From Chloropicon primus (lineage: Eukaryota): a stretch of DNA of 64,000 nucleotides. Positions 61,940 through 64,000 of this stretch are shown piece by piece. The position numbers and the translations under genes are program-made. The stretch's first letter is position 1. Each line of letters opens with the position of its first letter. The notes under the pieces were generated by a model. The model saw nothing but the letters and a program-made list of their open reading frames with translations, searched no databases and was not told where the DNA came from. Location: contig CP060759.1 of NCBI GenBank assembly GCA_023205875.1, positions 558,001 to 622,000 of the forward strand, written 5' to 3'.

Positions 61940-63841
61940 TCAGTAAAAATTCTGGAGGGACAAGGCCTCTGCCGTCTCGTGAGGCCTGCGCCGGTTCATC
62001 CGCACCACGAAGGACTCGAAGGCGTCCCAGTTGTCGAACATGCTCGGGCCCATCCTGAGGAAGGTCAGCCTCTTGAGCTGGGGGCAGCTCTCCTTGGTCT
62101 CCTCGCCGTACGAGGCGTGCTCGATCTGGTCCAGGGCGAACTTGTCGTACCGCTGCAAAGCATTCTCCCCGGAGAGAGGGATGCCGACCTCCAGGGCTTC
62201 CTCCTGCAACTGCGCCAGGAGTCCCTGGGGGCTGCACTTTGCGTAGTCGGGCTGCTCGCAGTCCCTCATCTCGACGGCCGTGAAATTGGCCACGGCGCCG
62301 TGCTTCTTCAGCATCTCCATGATCGCCCTGTACCCGCTCCTGTTCCTCGTGTTGTAGTACCCCGCCGTAAGCTCCCCGGCGTGGGAGATGCTCTTGTACC
62401 ACCAGTGCACCCCCGCGATCTTGATCCCCACCTTGACCTCGTCTATGGCTCGCACCATCTTCGCGCCGTCCTCCCTTAGGAACTGCACCGCCATCTGCTG
62501 GCTCCAGCTGTTGTGGGACCTGACCACCTCGGACACGGAGGTCAGGACCCTGTCGCCGTGGTCGATCAGGGAGTCGGAATACCACTCGAGAAAGAAGTTC
62601 CCGTACTCGGTGTTGTACGACCCGTTCTGGGGGTGGAAGAACCCGGTCTCCCACGGGCACTTGGTGTAGTTGCCAGAGTCGTGGGGGCCCCCGTGCCCCC
62701 ACTCCGGGTGACCCACCTCCTTGGCTTTCTCCTTCAAGTCCGCGAGCATGTAGGCGTCGTAGCACTGGAACTCCCCGATGCCGGGGAAGCGCCACCGCCC
62801 GTCCCCCTCCGGGTAGGAGGGGTACCTCATCTCCCCGGCAGGCCCCAGGCCCACGGTGACCTCCGAGACGACCCACCCAAGGTAGCCCTCGGTCGTTGTC
62901 AAGAAAGCCTCCACAAAGTCCCTGTAGGCTTGGACGGGAGTCCTTCCCCTCAGCACGGGCTCCCCGTCGCACCCGAGGCTCAGGCACTCTGGGTTCACGT
63001 GCCCAGACGCGTCCGTAAAGAAGATGTCCGGCTGGTCCTGCCCCACCTGCAGCACCCAGTCGGGCAAGGGGATGTTCACGTTGTCCCCAACGTTACCCCC
63101 GGCCGCGTGAAAGCTCATCACGGCCTGAACCTTCAAGCCGTTGAGGGCCGCCATCTTCAGGAGCTCGAGGTACGCGTCAAAATTGTACCTCCCTGGAGTG
63201 TCCGCCTCCACCATGCCCCACCACACGTCCACCATCACCCCCGTCACCCCCGCCTCCCGGAGCTTCCTCAGCGCGTCGTTCAGCTTCTTCGGGGTCTTGA
63301 GCACGGGGTTGTAGACCCCCTCCTGCTCCTCCTGGCGCCACACCGTGTCCAGGGGGAGCATAACGTACACCGGCACGTTGGACTCCTCCTGCAGTCCCGC
63401 TGGAGAAAACGAAAGGAAACCGAAACAGGGAAACAGGGTCAGTCAGTCACAAACATCCTCGCGAGGAGCGTCGTCAACCTCGAAGAAGAAGAAGAAGAAG
63501 AAGAAGAAGTCACGTGACTCACCTTCTTCGGCGACCTCCACGACCGCGGCTCCCGAGAAAAGGGACTCGCACGTCCTCAGCACACTCGCCCTGACCATGT
63601 TCTCGTTCCGCGACCCCCTACCGGATGCTGCTGATGCTGATGCTGCTGATGCTGATGCTGATGACGATGATGCTGATGACGAAGAAGATGAGGAAGATGC
63701 CTTGCTGTTGTTGCACCGCCCCCCACCGACGCCGAAAGAAGCCTGACAACGGAGCAAGCGGTTCCTCCCGCGACCGTGCAAAGTTGTCCTCCGCCCGCTG
63801 GTGCTTGCGCCACCGAAGCACGTCCCTGCTCGCACGCGCAT
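61940..63841 (-). CDS. Beta-amylase (GH14), plastid-targeted
   Basis: Exons 63841-63523 and 63399-61940 (phase 1). VPVYVMLPLD, VDVWWG, GGNVGD; both catalytic Glu motifs present (GPAGEMRYPSY, GENAL); Ser/Ala-rich transit peptide. Confidence 0.94.
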
Positions 63842-64000
63842 CCTTCAGGCTCTGCTTCCGCTTCCTCCAGCGAAGGCGCGAAGCCTCCGACGTGTCCTCC
63901 CGCGCAGAATAGATTTTTTTTCGAGGGGATTGAGGAGTTGAAAATGCGAGGGAGAATTAACGCTCGGGTTCGTCGCGCAACAAGGGAAGAGGACCTGTGG

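Noticed and set aside
61940..63399. Catalytically inactive beta-amylase (BAM4/BAM9-like)
   Set aside because: Both catalytic glutamate motifs and the GGNVGD loop are intact.
1036..63517. Long antisense or alternate-frame ORFs (e.g. 1036-2298, 7508-8728, 17518-19089, 21957-23528, 36582-38429, 49779-51446)
   Set aside because: Shadows of real GC3-rich genes on the opposite strand; no recognisable motifs.

Overview
Eukaryotic, GC-rich, gene-dense nuclear DNA with about 31 protein-coding genes in 64 kb. Introns are few, short, GT-AG and mostly near 5' ends; TGTAA poly(A) signals and GA/CAA/TTTGG microsatellites recur. These traits and the plant-type genes (CP12, beta-amylase, PHT4-like transporter, CH-kinesin-14) indicate a compact green alga; Chloropicon-like is my inference, not verified. 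Genes in order: NEK kinase, CCR4, PHT4-like MFS, FdhA-type formaldehyde dehydrogenase, atypical CP12, PLAT-PP2C, enoyl-CoA hydratase, Pcc1, ELMOD, S10 carboxypeptidase, F-box/Kelch, MTR4, CFAP221, orphan coiled-coil, ESS2, FMC1-like, BORCS8, AMBRA1-like WD40, SR-alpha, CCT6, NUP155, RanBP1, CLUAP1/IFT38, KCH kinesin, SKI2, MECR, WD40, unknown membrane protein, GAR-domain protein, frataxin, beta-amylase. No tRNA, rRNA, CRISPR array or transposon was recognised. The most notable locus is 7.5-10.8 kb: an intron-containing bacterial-type FdhA whose mitochondrial-looking presequence carries a duplicated H-x3-C-x-C-x2-C motif, divergent from a non-canonical CP12, with a structured-RNA candidate between them. 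Family assignments rest on motifs recognised by eye; no searches were run.
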